A stretch of DNA of 60,051 nucleotides, filler included, from Sphacelaria rigidula (Eukaryota): NCBI GenBank assembly GCA_964200075.2. It is 7 parts of 7 records of this genome, joined end to end, with 100 filler letters (N's around TTAATTAATTAA, not from the genome) between each part and the next. Parts side by side here need not be neighbours in the genome. Positions count along the whole stretch, not along the records: positions 8,596 to 17,089 come from CAXNAA020010981.1; positions 17,190 to 25,682 come from CAXNAA020010982.1; positions 25,783 to 34,275 come from CAXNAA020010983.1; 4 more parts are not named here. One strand, 5' to 3'. Of the stretch, positions 13,501-26,624 are shown one piece after another. Position numbers and translations under genes: made by a program. The notes under the pieces were generated by a model that was not told where the DNA came from, did not search any database, and saw nothing but the letters and a program-made list of their open reading frames with translations. How positions within the stretch are numbered: the first letter of the stretch is position 1; the number at the start of each line of letters is the position of its first letter.

Positions 13501-14255
13501 CGTTGCCTCTCGAGCTCAGTCTCCCGCTGCTGTCTCAATGTCTCCACATGTCTGGTGGCCTGTTTGCTCCGCACGCTGTGTTCGATGCATATAGCGGCTT
13601 CTGCCTGAGCCAACTTTTCCGCTTCCAAAGCCCTTTCCAAATTCAACGTGGAATCAACTTCTCGCTGTCGTCTAAGCGGTTCTACACGGTGAGCGGCCTG
13701 TCGTCTCCGAACCGACCGTTGAATGCAGCACGCCGCGTCTACTCGTTTCACGAGCCCTCTTTCGTAGGCTCGTCTGTCAAGCCGGTAGATCCTGACGTGA
13801 TGCTGAATGCACAAGGCGGCGTCATTCATTTCTTTCTCGTTACAGATTTGTTTTTTTTGTATGCTCCAGTTGTATATGGCTCGACCAATACACATCGCCG
13901 CTTCGGCCTCCTGCCTCGTTTGATCCAGCTCCTCGGCCAGGCGGATGGCGCACACCGCGGGAACAATAGAAACTCTTACCGCACTAGAGGGTATCTTGCC
14001 GCGAGCGGCGGCCTTATGCTGGCGCCTTTTCGCGAAGCGTTGTACTTTTGTGGCCGCTTTGTGATTCTCCTCTCTATGTACAATTCTCTTGTCCTTCAAC
14101 ATTCCGACCTCCGTCGCTTGGACTACGTCACCATCGCTTTCCTGCTTGGTTGTGACATGATGTAACGCGCTTGCTCCCTGAGGTTGAGTACCGATGAACA
14201 GCCGGGGGACGGACGACTTGGTTGAGCTAATTGCAGATTGCGGCTCGTGGGACAA
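10555..14255 (-). CDS. Large exon of a multi-IQ-motif, coiled-coil, two-WW-domain protein
   Basis: 1234-aa ORF with about 11 IQ-like repeats (e.g. AACCIQRSVRRRQA), a poly-Q/E tract, an acidic low-complexity region and two WW domains (WTVRHDRESGYDYYVHLETQATSWERP; WVEVVDPDSGQTYFYNAVTQESAWKPP). Candidate acceptors give exon starts at 14226 or 14177. The apparent stop overlaps a GTAAG donor at 10554. Confidence 0.88.
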
Positions 14256-15827
14256 CTAATCTTCCCGAGAAGAAATCTCGTGTTTCACACCAAAGCCGAC
14301 AGGTATTCCTTCGTTAGAACTTCAAGGATAAGTTTTTTTTCACGATTTTTACTCCTGGGAGAGCGTTTCTGCGTGATGGGGTCGCAAGAACCTTCGAGGC
14401 CTCTGACCACCCAAAAAGTGAAATGTTCTGGCATGCATTGAATTCCTGGACTTCTATCATAATCTTCGGTCGATATACCACTTCGAAGGATATTCTTCTC
14501 CGTATAGTTGACACTGGAAGTCTTCAACGTATAGCATAGCGTTGTAACGACAGTCATAGCAAGGTAAAATAATATACAAAAATCCTTGCCGTGCAGCGAA
14601 AGTTATTGGCATGGAAAATGAACTCGATGGTGTGTGCCAACATGATTTCCTGCTCCGCGAGGAGAGGAGTTCTCTCCCAAGTTTGCACTGCACGAAGAGA
14701 GGGCCGTTTTTGTTTTTTTTACATACAATGCGTCGAACTTATAGACGGTGTAATAGAACCGTGCTTCAAAGTACCCAAGATGGGTTGAGGCGACAAGTCT
14801 CGGCATGATCAAACTGACCACGTCACGCCAACTCACATCGCAACTATGGCGGCACGTCAGAGGCGGCACGATGCATATCATACGGGACAATGGGTTTGGG
14901 TGTATGCAGCGGAGCACGGGGGTTCCTAGTAATAACAGAATGCTGCAACGACGCACCTTCCTACAACAAATGCCAAAAGCCTGCGCCGTAAAACGATTGT
15001 GACCCCTACCGCTAACATTCAAGGCGTGCACGTATGCTCTCGCGTGTCCTTGTCCCTACCTTCCGACCGTCTAACGTCATGCTTTGGCCAGAACTGTGGT
15101 CCGATTGTCCGTGCTCCCAACGACCCTCCGGGCTATCACTTGCCTCTGATTCGTGGAGACTGTTGCGATCCGTGTACTCCGTGAATTCGCTTCTGAAATT
15201 TGGCCACCGCAGAAGCATTTTTACGAATAAGCGTCACAGATTGCACTATGACCCTAACTGACCGTTGGTGGACTGGATTGACGCTTGCTAAACAATACGG
15301 CGATTCCACTGGTTCGTGAACGAGCGCAGATGGATGAAAAGGAATGCAAAATGTAGAATTCATGCGTATCTTACGCAGCATTTCCCTGGCTTGTTCATGC
15401 CGCTGTTGTGTTCAAGATGCACAGGCAATGGGGTACAGCACAGCAGCTTCAAGGGTACGATACGTGTACCAGCACACGTCGAGCACAAAGATGCGGAGGC
15501 TGGTCTGGAACTTAGCCCACATCGGGCAAGAGTATAGCATGGTGTACATGTGGCTAATTGTTTCTGGCAAGATCGCAGGACGGTCTTGGGTACATTACTT
15601 CATCAGCAATTTCACCCAAATTCCAGCATGTGAATCGCCCCGCCCCCACCCAAAGTGTTATTTTCTCGATTTTTGTTTTGGCGGGCGTCCTCAGCCCCCA
15701 AAGAAGCCGAGCACGCCGCAACTTTTGCGTGTTTCATTACCCATCTGTTCCCGTTTACCCCCGTGAAATATATGACTTTGACAGCCTGTCTCAACGCCAT
15801 GACTACTCCGAAGCAACTGGATGTCAC

Positions 15828-16927
15828 CTTTCGTCATCGCCGCCTACGCTGTCCTCCACGCCCCAAGGGTTTGTAGTCGCATCGTGACAGTTCCTATCGC
15901 GCGTTGATTCCATCCGTTTCCTCGAGTTGTACTCCCTGGCGGTTCTCTGAAGCTTTTTGGCCGCGCGTTCTTCTTCCCTGATCGTTCTAGCCAGTTTCTC
16001 TTCCGCTGCAGCGAGCTCATCCTCTAGCTTCTTTCGCCTCTTGTTCGACTTCGCGTCTTGCACCTCGGCCTCTACCGTGCTGCCGGCGTTTTGCGGGGTT
16101 TGGACCCTTGAATGCTTCGGGACTTCGACCGCTGCCTGACGGTTCTTCACTTGACGCGCCTTCACAAGAGCTTTGATCACGTGGGATTCCACGTCTTGGA
16201 TGAACTTGCTCGCTGCGTTGCTCTCTACACTCCGCATCGTCCTTTGCTTTTCTAGATTCATCTTGGCACCGTATCCCCTGGTCACGCTCTGGAGCTTAAC
16301 GGCAGCCTTGTACCTGATCTCAGCTTCAACCATTCTCTGCTCCCTTGCCCTTTGCTGCCTTCGTGTGAACGTCTGAATGCGCGCTGCAGCCGCATGGGTT
16401 TCTCGTTGCTTTTTCGCCTGGGCCTCTTGTTTCTGGGTATAGCGCCTTCTCGCCTCCGCCTTCGCCCCGCGCTTTCTCGCTAAACCCTGTAGTCTAGTCG
16501 CCGCCTGGTGCCTCCCCACGGCCAGTTCGCGCTCATCCTCGCGGTCGCGATTCACTTGCATTCTCCGACTAAAGAATCCTTGTATCTGTCCGGCCGCCAC
16601 GTATTGCTTTTCCCTCGCAGCCCGAATCTCCCTGTCACGTGCCGCAGTCTCAGCTCGAGCAACCTTGCCAGTTGCCAGTTGTCTTCGTGCGAAACATTGC
16701 ACCGTCGTCGCCGCCGCCCGCTCCCTTGTGCGACGGTCCAGAACCCTTTTGGCTGCTCGTCGACGAGCGTGGGACTGGATGATAGTTGCTGCATCATCCG
16801 TTTCGCTTGACCGTGCCTTGACGGGATATATTGTGCACGTTTCAGACTGTGTCGGGCTCTCGATCGGGAAACTTCGTTCGTGCCCATCTGCGCAAGGCTC
16901 GTTCCTAGTACGGGCGATTTTGCGAGC
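15828..16927 (-). CDS. Upstream exon of the same IQ-repeat gene
   Basis: Acceptor ...ctattaacctgtcag|GCT at 16927 and donor AAG|gtgaca at 15827. About 7 IQ motifs (IIQSHARRR, RLQGLARKRGA, KLQSVTRGYGA, KLQRTAREY). Same strand and contig as the large exon. Confidence 0.85.
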
Positions 16928-17647
16928 CTGACAGGTTAATAGAACCAACAGCCAGGTCACATCATAAAGCAGCAGCACCCCCACCACAAGAGGGAGAGGG
17001 AGGGAGAGTGAGCGAAACAGGGGGGGGTGTACTCATGATCATGCATGCCATAGTCGAAGGACCATTGACCTCGCATCCCTACACAGCCGNNNNNNNNNNN
17101 NNNNNNNNNNNNNNNNNNNNNNNNNNNNNNNNNTTAATTAATTAANNNNNNNNNNNNNNNNNNNNNNNNNNNNNNNNNNNNNNNNNNNNGGGTGCGGGGG
17201 GAGTGGGCGAGGTGTTACTCATTTGTTGCTTGCCTTAGCCGTTTGACCATTGACCACGCATCCCTTTCGAGACGGAGCATCGTTCCTTTTCCTAATAGGG
17301 GGGGATGTTTGATTCCACAGAAAAAAAAGGGCTCATTGGTGCGTCAGATGAGCTGATACACTCGCGGTGTGCTTGTATTTGGGTAAAAACGGTGTCAAGG
17401 AGCCATGAGTGGGCGTTGTTTATTGGTAACAAGCGCGTTCGAACAACCGCTGCTGCTTTCAAGGACGTTTTGAAGTGAAATTTCATGGAAGGAATGGCCC
17501 ACAATACGCCCCCTCCACTATCGTAGTGTCACTCGATATGAAAATGTAAGGCGTGTATTCCATGAGACTGAAGACCCATCCCGAGGAAGATTAAGGGTTT
17601 TAAATGTGCCAAAAACAAACCAGAGCAAAGACAAGATATTTTCATAC

Positions 17648-18156
17648 CTGGGCGATCTTCTGCTGGCACTCCTTACTCAACCGTCGTTCCTCCCGCAATT
17701 TCCTGGCTCTAACCGCATCAATCCGAACCCCCCACGCCAGCCACACCGCGATGACCGCGCCTCGGAAGTCAGCATCTACGGTGATCAGATTGTCGAAACC
17801 GGTGTCGTCGTGTCTACAGGCGTTCGTTGGAAATTCGGAACGCCGTCGACGGCATTTTGTTGGGCAAACCGTGCGGGTATGCGATATATCGTTGATTTTT
17901 GTTGAATTTCGCCTTGTTGAAAGCTCACTCTCCGGGTCTTCGTCTCCAAGCTCACCGTCGCCGACCATCGACAGGTCTGAATCTCGTTCTCGTTGAGCAC
18001 TGAGAAGGTTATTTTCCGTGTCATATTGGTCCGCGCCGCTACGCCGCCGGGAGTGTTTGCTATTCTGCCGCGTGATTTTTGCTTTTATGGCACAGCTTTT
18101 GTTGTTCTTGGGAGGAACTCCGACGACTTCTGCCCTCTGTAGGTCCTGATGGTAGG
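17648..18156 (-). CDS. Exon of an unknown protein (contig 3 gene)
   Basis: Acceptor gttttgtattgcag|, open frame YHQDLQRAEVVGVPPK...KECQQKIAQ, donor CAG|gtatga. Its phase-1 start matches the upstream exon ending at 19138. Confidence 0.7.
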
Positions 18157-18720
18157 CTGCAATACAAAACCAGCAGTTCGTGAAGGAGGCTCAGCACGCA
18201 CATGTGTACCATGAGTTGATCCCCCCGTGTGCTTCGAGTGGGCAAGTTCGTAGTAGTCACGTCACTAAGTGTTCGACTCACACGCGAGGCGATTGAGCCA
18301 AGTACGTGTACCCTGCTTCATGACAATATTGCTATGTCCAGCCTACTTCTCCAGTACGCAACTGTGGCAGAAAGCGAGAGCACTTTCTCTTTGCTTTTCT
18401 CTGCAGGCGGAAATTACGTGCGTGAGTTTGTCTGCGTGACTTTTGAGTCGACATTAGCTATTGACTTTAATGCTGTGAAGCGTCGACTGCTTCTCTCGTA
18501 CATAGCGAAATTGACTCCCTTTTTTCCTTTTGACACGTGTGTTTCATGTGAGTCTCACAGTCGACCGGCCGTCTGTGCGCTCCAGCAGCCTCGAAAAAAC
18601 ATCTCCTCTACTTTGGTTCAAGTTGTTAATCATCAACACGCGAGACAAATCGAGCATCGCAATTCTTACTGTACACTGGAAAAAAATACACGTCAACATG
18701 TCACAATAAAGAGTGTTCAT

Positions 18721-19030
18721 CACTCCTTCGGTAGTGCAAGCTAAATACCTGGGTAGAACCAATCGTGATTCCATCGTGAATTTCCATCGTTTTTCTCGTA
18801 CACATGCGGAAATTTCGTTTCCGCGTATTTGTCAAAGCTATATTGCTGAAGAAGAAATGCACGTTGATATGCTACCATAGAGGGAGCCCCTGACTCGTTC
18901 GGTAGTGCAAGCGAAATACCTCGATATAATCATTCGTAATTTCATCGATGTTTTCGAAAAAAAATATTTTGCTTTTTTTTCGTACACATGCGGAATTTCC
19001 GTTCCGCTATTGGTCAAGGCTATATTGCTG
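18721..19030. repeat. Intronic tandem duplication (two ~130-bp units)
   Basis: ttcggtagtgcaagc...cgtacacatgcggaa...gctatattgctg occurs at 18721-18848 and again at 18892-19030. Confidence 0.85.
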
Positions 19031-19137
19031 TATCACGATTCCCTTCTTCCCCAAGGGAAATGCTGCCGCGTGATGTACTGCAGTACTCCTGCGTAACTCA
19101 CACTTGTGCCGTAAAGGAGAAGATGACAGTTTCGTAC

Positions 19138-19709
19138 GTTGCTGATCCCCCCGTCGGCCCCGCTGCCGCCCCCGGTAATCCTGGTGCTTGCCATCTTCGC
19201 TGGCACGCCTGTGTGCGTCATCGCCGGCTTCCTCGGCGAAGCGCTTGAACCAGGGATGTCGTTGGACTAGCTCGGGGGTAGGCCAGCCCGCCGCAGACAC
19301 TACCGACAATGTACTTTCCTCTCGAACCTTGCATCGACAGAATTTCCCGGGGGGAATCTCCTGCGAGGCGAGCGTACTGGTGTTGTGCGTGCTACTGTCG
19401 CAGCCACAAGAGTATAATTCGTTACTGCAGTGATCTGAGCCGACCGCCGGCTTGTATTGTGCGGGGGTGACCGCATTGTTCACACGACCATGTGAATCGG
19501 AGTCATCGTTCCTCTGCTCGCCCGGTAGTTCTATATTATCGATCATTATCAATTTGACGCTGCCTTCTCCACCCGCCCTTGGTTCCCTGCTCGTTGGGGC
19601 ATGCCTCGGTAGGACGGGTGTCCATGTGAGCATGCCATTGTATACCACAACAACGGGCGCCCTGTCGTCCTCTGCTCGTAGATGTGGACCACGCCGAGCA
19701 TGCGGTTGT
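19138..19709 (-). CDS. Exon of an unknown protein (contig 3 gene)
   Basis: Acceptor cacacttccgacag|, donor AAC|gtacga (phase 1). Lies within the 247-aa ORF and is phase-compatible with the flanking exons. Confidence 0.6.
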
Positions 19710-20293
19710 CTGTCGGAAGTGTGTTTCAGGTATTGACAACAAGCTGGCACTAGGTCGCACGTTTATCCGTGTTGTGGTCACAAAAGATCATCCTCTCCGG
19801 CGTCGCTATTTTGCTCGCGCAGAGTGATACAGTCGGAGGGGTCGCCGACGAAGTGTTGCCAAGTCGTTGGGTGTATGTCCCGTGTTGTCGCCCTAATGCC
19901 TTGCTAATATGTTAGCACTTTGGACTTGACGCTCTCGCAGTACCATCCCAGCATGCTGTTTATTTATGTTGCATTTTCATTTCCGGCTGATGCTCAACCA
20001 GTCATGTCTGCAGAGGGTGAGAGACGAAGCGTGGGAGCGACCAAAATCCGGCAGGTTCTTTGGTTGCATTCTACCCGAGACCTACGAAAACAAAGACAGT
20101 GCGTGCGTGAAGAGCGGCTGAGTCAGGTTGGTCTACCAGGGCGAAATCGATTCGAATTGAGTATGGACTCAACATTCAGCTTCTCCTTAGATTTGTAAAC
20201 AAAGAAGGTGTCGCCGACTCCTCTCGACCTAGGCCTCGGCACGCACGCGTGACAAATGCGCAAAGAACATGCCAACAACGAACAGACCGACAC

Positions 20294-20382
20294 CTGCATG
20301 ACGCGGCAGTGGAAGAATCTACCATTCCTGTGTACCCCCCTCCAGCAGTGGCTGGCAACGCTGTGGTCGGTGGCACAAGCCG
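20294..20382 (-). CDS. Possible small exon of the contig 3 gene (RLVPPTTALPATAGGGYTGMVDSSTAASC)
   Basis: Acceptor tttgctactatag| and donor GCAG|gtgtcg. The phase-2 end matches the exon starting at 19709. Confidence 0.4.
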
Positions 20383-20451
20383 CTATAGTAGCAAACAGCG
20401 TCATTGCCGTGGTGAACACGAGTTCGGCAGGAGCATCTGTGTAAGCCACCG

Positions 20452-20756
20452 CGTCCCGGTGGTATAAATTCGAAATCTTTCGATTGTCACCAATAGGGTG
20501 GAGATAGTGTGGGCTTCCCGGTGCACTGGGATTTTTCTTTCAAGTTCCTGGTTGTTACCGTCGAAAGCGTGAGTACGGGAGTAAAAATAGAGCAGTTGAC
20601 CGGGTTCGACGAGAGTTGACACGGTGCCGGAGTCATGATTCAGTCCACTATACCAAAATGCAAACCCTGTACCGCGGGAGAGATGGGTCGATCCCTTGAG
20701 ACCACGGACTCGTCCCGAGAAAAGGGAGAGATGAAGTCGTCACAAAAAAACAAAAA
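20452..20756 (+). mobile_element. SINE-like repeat, family B
   Basis: Shares ttcga.tg.cacc..tagggtggaga...gtggg..tccc and accgtcga...cgtgag..cg.gagta with 35883-36060. Ends in an A-rich tail. Confidence 0.55.
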
Positions 20757-21042
20757 TTCTCCGCGATAGATATTCACTGTACTCGTAGTTGGCCTGGCTC
20801 ACTAAAAATCCCCACGTCGCTGCTGTCCTGGCACAGTGCTGCGAGTCATGTCTATCGGTGACAGGTCCGCGTGGAGATCGAAATGTTTAAAATTGCACTG
20901 GAATGTACTGAACGGCGCTGTGCTGCACTGTGCTGCACTGTGCTGTACTATACTGTACTCAATCAATCAAATCGATCAAATTGTACTGCTGTACAGTACT
21001 GTGATCGAAACGGGGTATGAACAGCACTAGCTAACTGCACAT

Positions 21043-21880
21043 GTTCGTTCATAGGCGTCGCTGATTGATCATGGTTTTCTGTGTCATCCTCCGCGCTAAA
21101 GACCAACCCAGAAACCCGTATCTTTGTCGCCAGTGGGTCCCAGGCTCAAGAGGATTAGTTGACTCTTCAGCTATCACGGCCTGCCAACAACCCAGAAGCC
21201 TATTCGAAGGTAGTCGTTAGCTGCTACATGTAGCCACATCATGGCAATCACCAGCAAGCGATTTTTTTGGCCTGGCGCTCATAGTACCATATGTACAGGC
21301 CACAAAGTAGTGTAGCCCTGTACTGTAGCTGCTCAATACAGTAAAACAGCTATAGAACTAGTAGTAGAACTGATAGTCCTACTACATGGGAGTGGGGCAT
21401 TATGACGAAGAGACAAAACGTCTTCGCTACCACCTCATATAGGTCAACGTGGCTGCCAGTGTGAATATTACTGTGCAGCTTCGTTCAAGGGCGTGGCGGA
21501 TTGATTCTGATTAGATGTGTCTTCCTCCGCACTAGCGACCAGCCCAGAAACCCGCACCTATGTCGCTAGTGGGTCCCAGGCTTGAAATGATTGGAAAAAA
21601 CCTTCAGCTACCCCGGCTTGCCAACAACCAAGGAGTCTGTTCGAAGGTGGTCGTTAGCCGCTACGTATATCCACGTCGTGGAAAATCCCCAGCAAACGAT
21701 GTGTTCGGCCTGACGCCCATTGTGTCACATGTGCGGGTCACAAAACAGTGCAGCCCGGTACTGCGGTTGCACAGTACAGTAAAATGGTGATGGAGATGAT
21801 AGTGGGTTTGATAATCCTACTACCTGGCAGCGGGACATTATTGCGAACAGAGAAGTGCCTTGGCCATCATCTGATACAGG
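21043..21880. repeat. Diverged tandem duplication, ~435-bp period
   Basis: ttcgttca..ggcgt...cccagaaacccg...agtgggtcccaggct...gccaacaacc...ttcgaaggt.gtcgttagc begins at both 21043 and 21480. Confidence 0.8.
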
Positions 21881-24849
21881 GTGACTTGGCCGCCAGTATG
21901 ATGCATGCCTGGGCAGCAGCGACGGCGTTTGTCGAGCTTATTACTAAGTTCACGACGAGCACTGTGAGCTCTGTGGCTACATTGCTTATCACCACTGTCA
22001 TGCGCTGGTCAAGGAGACCCGCATGGCCTGGGTGGGAAGTAAGAGTGCGTACGATTTTCATCGATGGGCATGTTGTTTGGTCACCAAGGGATCCCTCTCT
22101 TTTATGCTTCTTTGACAACACAGAGCAAGTACGGCAGAAACGGAGTTCGTACGTGCACCAACGACAGTTACTGGCAACCATCGTGGGCGCAGATGACCGT
22201 TACGCCACCTGCTGTGTACGCTGCCACCACCGACTGCTCGGGGTGGAGGATGCACTAGACGACGTGATTGCTGTGTCAGCTATTCTTTGCGCACTAGCGA
22301 GCCCTTTCCCTCGTTGGTACACATGTTGCTTTCGCTCTACGACAAATTGGTAGATCCATGTTGGCTCCTGTGCTATTTTGTGCAGGTTCAACAGCTGCCG
22401 GAGAGGCCTCAGGAGATGGCCATGACGAGCAATGCTTTTCGTGTGATTAAACTTAGTGATCCACCCTTATAACCTACTCGGATGACTAGTGCGCTCTTAA
22501 CCCTGTGTGCATACACGGTTTACAGCAGTTGAATCAACTGCGTGGATGATCTTTCTTTCGCGATATAGTGTATCCATTGACACTGCTTCTGTACCCGTTT
22601 TACTTCCGTCGGTGAGCAATGTGCCCATGGGATTAGTTCCGTTTCAGCCGAAAATAATGAAAACAATACACCGTACATATGTCCACATGCTGGCTAAATG
22701 CACCGTAGTAGCAGCAGGGTTGAGGGTGTCGACAGAAATGCTCACTATCTGAAGACCGGCAGACACAACAATACTGGGAACTTGACGAGTGCAACACTGC
22801 GTGAGCGTCTTCTTGTGGTATATTTTCGTAGCACGTTAGTATATGTGAAAGATACGCATTTCTCTCTAATTCGCGAAACTTAAGAGCAAAGTAGGCTCAA
22901 CGCTACATGAACACGAAATCCGTTCTCTTGATTACTCACGCCTGGCTTAATACAGCAGCGTATATTTGTGTCTCCCTGGCGCACACGATGTGTCCGACAA
23001 CCGCATTAAAAATGCAAGATCTCGATACATAATCGATGTAATGATACTCGGAAATTAACTTGCAATGCAGCAAGAGCCCGACGAGAATTTTTTGCGGTAT
23101 ATATATATATTGCGCAAAGTTGAATGCTGCTGTGCATACATGTACAGTAAAGTGATTGGTACACGGTACGAAGGGGGTCCCACTATAGTGCGGTACGGTA
23201 AATGCTGTGTTTTACCCCAGTGCCGTGAAGTCACTCGTCGGCGCGATTCGCTTGTTTTCTTTCATTCTTTTTGTTATTCCAGTATTGTGCGAGAACCGCC
23301 ATGGCATTTCCACGAAGTTCTCGCGACTCCCCACACTATCGTGAGGCCTCCCTTATCTGTATGCTAGTCCCTATTGCGCGCTTGCTGACACAACCTCAAG
23401 GCTACGCGTTCTCATGTTTCACGCTCACCGCGGTCTAACTCGCCAAGAGAGGTGCAAAGCAATTCCTGCAGACGTGAAAGTGCGATCTGTGAAGCCCTAT
23501 ATCGTGATCGTAGTACGGTGCTGGAAGGAATCAAGTTTCTGTTGGCTGATGATTTGATAAGATCATCGTTCATTATCGCGTCGGTTGCGGTGTAAATACA
23601 TCAAAATGCGGCGCAATAACGCACGGTTGGTGCGAAGATCGAATTTTGAAGTGTTCCACAAGCCACGCAAATTCACACGACCCATGCGCCCAACTCAGAG
23701 GAGGAGCTACGTGTTGACAAGCAAGCCAGAAGCACTAAACTCTCGGAATAACCCTGTATTTTTTTTCCTGGCTGGGCCTTGAAGGCGTACGCCTGGAGAA
23801 GCTGGATCTGCAGCATTTCAGCTACTCAAGTGAGCCACCTCGTGCTCACGAATGCATTCGATTCAACTGCGTCCCATATTTGATTGTATCGTATTCAGGG
23901 GCATCAACTAGGATTTCACGCTGATTAGTTTCCCAACCGTGAGCGTTATCAAAAGCTCCTGTGCTAGCTACACCAAAAGTGGGTAATCGAAATGCCTTGT
24001 TGCAATATGTACATGCCACTCTCGGGGTAGTCCCTCTCGAGAACGCCGAGAGTTGCATCTTGAGGGGGTGTTAAACCCCATCGCTTACGCAAACGGGACG
24101 AAAATATTTCTCGAACCAACGGACGGCTATATTTTCGCCGGAGAGACACTCGCAAAAGCCAAAGCCTATATGATTTTTTGCTCGGCGGTGTGTTCTACTT
24201 TTAAGGTGGGGAAATCCATAGTTTAGATAATGGACGGAGGTTACCGGCTGAAGTTGTCAACACAATCGCGTTCGCTCGAGAACGCCTGTTCGGACGAGGT
24301 GGTGTCATGGATGCGAGGGAGTTATCTCGGAGACATTTGTCCATGTACTGTATACCAGCCGAAGTACACACGTCTCTATCTCCACCAAAATATGATCTGC
24401 GTACTGCAACTATGTGACGAATCAACCCTCTTTGAGTAGACGCTTTGTGGCCCGTGAGTATTTCGTATGCGTGTGTGTAAAAGCACAATGTTGGGTATAA
24501 AAGGGGCCTTCCGCACATTTCGGGTGAGGGTACTACAGTAGCGTATCTTCACCAAGGTACGGGATAATTAGCACTACCGATCGGGTCGAACGCCTCTAGG
24601 TCGTTACCACAGATGCCCCTCCGCACGGGTGGCTGCTTTTCCTTCCTCACCGACAGATTGCCCAAAAGCCTCCCCAGAGGTAGAAACACATCAGGAAAAT
24701 CAGCCAGATATCAAAGTACTGCGGCATGAACTACATTCGTAATGAGAGTATATATAATAAAGTATAACATGTGTCCAGAAATAAGAGCCACCTGAGGTCG
24801 AGGATGTGTTCATGTCTATGTTGTTGCCCTACCAAGTGCAGCACCCAAT

Positions 24850-25170
24850 CTTAATACGGCGCCGACTCCACGTCCTGACGTGGAATTGCCCATCACCTTC
24901 ACCAGAAGAGTCGGCGACCCTACGAGTACAATAAAGTCGGTGGCAAGCCGCTGATCCACGATCCTATGTTTCAGCGCTGCCCTTACAGGTCCTACCCCTA
25001 CAGGTTCTCGAACATAGCCGCGCCGATCACCTGGAATTTTCAGGCTGAATGGGTGTGCCGTAGAACACGATACGTACAGTGTCATCCGTAGACGGTATGT
25101 GTTACTTCCTTGACAACACCCCCAAACACGTGGTTTTGCAAATTGAGGATAAAGTTTCTGTTGATAATAA
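24850..25170 (-). pseudogene. Highly decayed Ty3/gypsy integrase C-terminus (GPY/F-like, possible chromodomain)
   Basis: KLYPQFAKPRV...NTYRL...HPF resembles the gypsy KL.P.F.GPY...NTYRL.LP..HP.FHV motif. It is followed by AALKHR...DFIV, which resembles a chromodomain start. Confidence 0.4.
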
Positions 25171-26624
25171 TCATTGAAATATTGTCGGCAACAATCTTCA
25201 AATGTACTTTTCTGGCCATAATGTGTGGCCTCGCTCATCCTAAAGGAATCCATCCGTAACCTGTAAGATCCCGTGTCAACTGGGGATTCAGAGAAAAAAA
25301 ATCATTTTTTGTACGGGACTGAATGGAGCTCGGAACTGTACGGGATTGACAGGGATTTTATGAATCGCAGATGGACTCTTTTGACCAAAAGCAAGTTCAC
25401 ACATCGCAGCCGGAGAGGGCATCTTCACTTCCATTTCGGAAACATTTCGATGCTCATGAAGATTCTCAAGGCTCATCCTCGAAAACGAGTCCATCCTCGA
25501 CTTGAAAAATCGTGTGTCCCTAGATGATACGGTTTACGCTGCTCTTGGTACCATAACGCTGTGCCAGGGTATGTTGTACATCACCCTCTCCAGAAACAAA
25601 ATCACCGCCGAGTAACGCCGCGATGCCCCCCCCCCCCCCCGGTCCGGCGAGAACCCGGCATGCTCCGTCCCGGCTTTGTAGGNNNNNNNNNNNNNNNNNN
25701 NNNNNNNNNNNNNNNNNNNNNNNNNNTTAATTAATTAANNNNNNNNNNNNNNNNNNNNNNNNNNNNNNNNNNNNNNNNNNNNATGATACTAAAGCCAAGT
25801 AATTTTCAGACGAATCATTATTTGTCCGACCCTTGGAAGATTTTAGTATCGACGCTACCTCCGTTAGATATAGAAAGTAATAGGCATGGGGTTTAATCAA
25901 CGAGAGAAAATAGGCTCATCATTTTGAGCAGATGGGCACCTCCCCCTTGGTTGAATGAATATCACAAAATGCGAATCATGGCCCAACTCTTCCGTGTCGG
26001 CGACATATTGCTTTGAGAGCTTTAATTCGTTTTTAGCCTGGCCCAGCTCGTACCTCGTCGGACAGATATGCTTAAACTATACTCTCCACGGGGATGCCGG
26101 CGCCACGTTTTCGATCTTGAATGGGCTCTGTTCTCGTTTTTTCTGATCGGAGTTTATCCATTTATCGAAATAGCAAAGAACATACCGTGTTATCTTTGAA
26201 ATTTGGAATGGAGAGTTTCTTGGAAAGTCATGATTTCGAAATACACTACCTCTAAGGGTTGGTCTTACCCCTTATACGTGGAGCGTAGGTCAATACTTGA
26301 ATCGGCTTCAATTACACTTGAAAAGAAAGTGCGTGATACAGACGGATCACCCTCGCGGTCTAAGGGTTGACCTTCGACCGCGAGGGTAGATCACAAGCTG
26401 AATCGGCATCAGTATTCACTCAAAAAAAGTGTTGATTATCCAGATGGACTTTCCTCACCGCGGTCTGAGGGTTGGCGAAAGGAATTTTCCCTTTTTCAAA
26501 ATACTTTTATGAAGAACCCGTGATTGGTCGCTGGGATATCACCCCACCCCCCCAAAATAAATATATATATATATATATATACCCAGATGTGCCCATTAGT
26601 CCCCTATTTCGGGGGGATTTCAGG

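Noticed and set aside
13431..14165. 244-aa plus-strand ORF and other ORFs antisense to the IQ gene
   Set aside because: Shadow ORFs of the repetitive minus-strand coding exon.
16927..17648. Joining the contig 3 exons (17648-20382) to the IQ/WW gene, since strand and phase match
   Set aside because: They are separated by an artificial spacer between size-sorted contigs. A phase-0 match is expected by chance.
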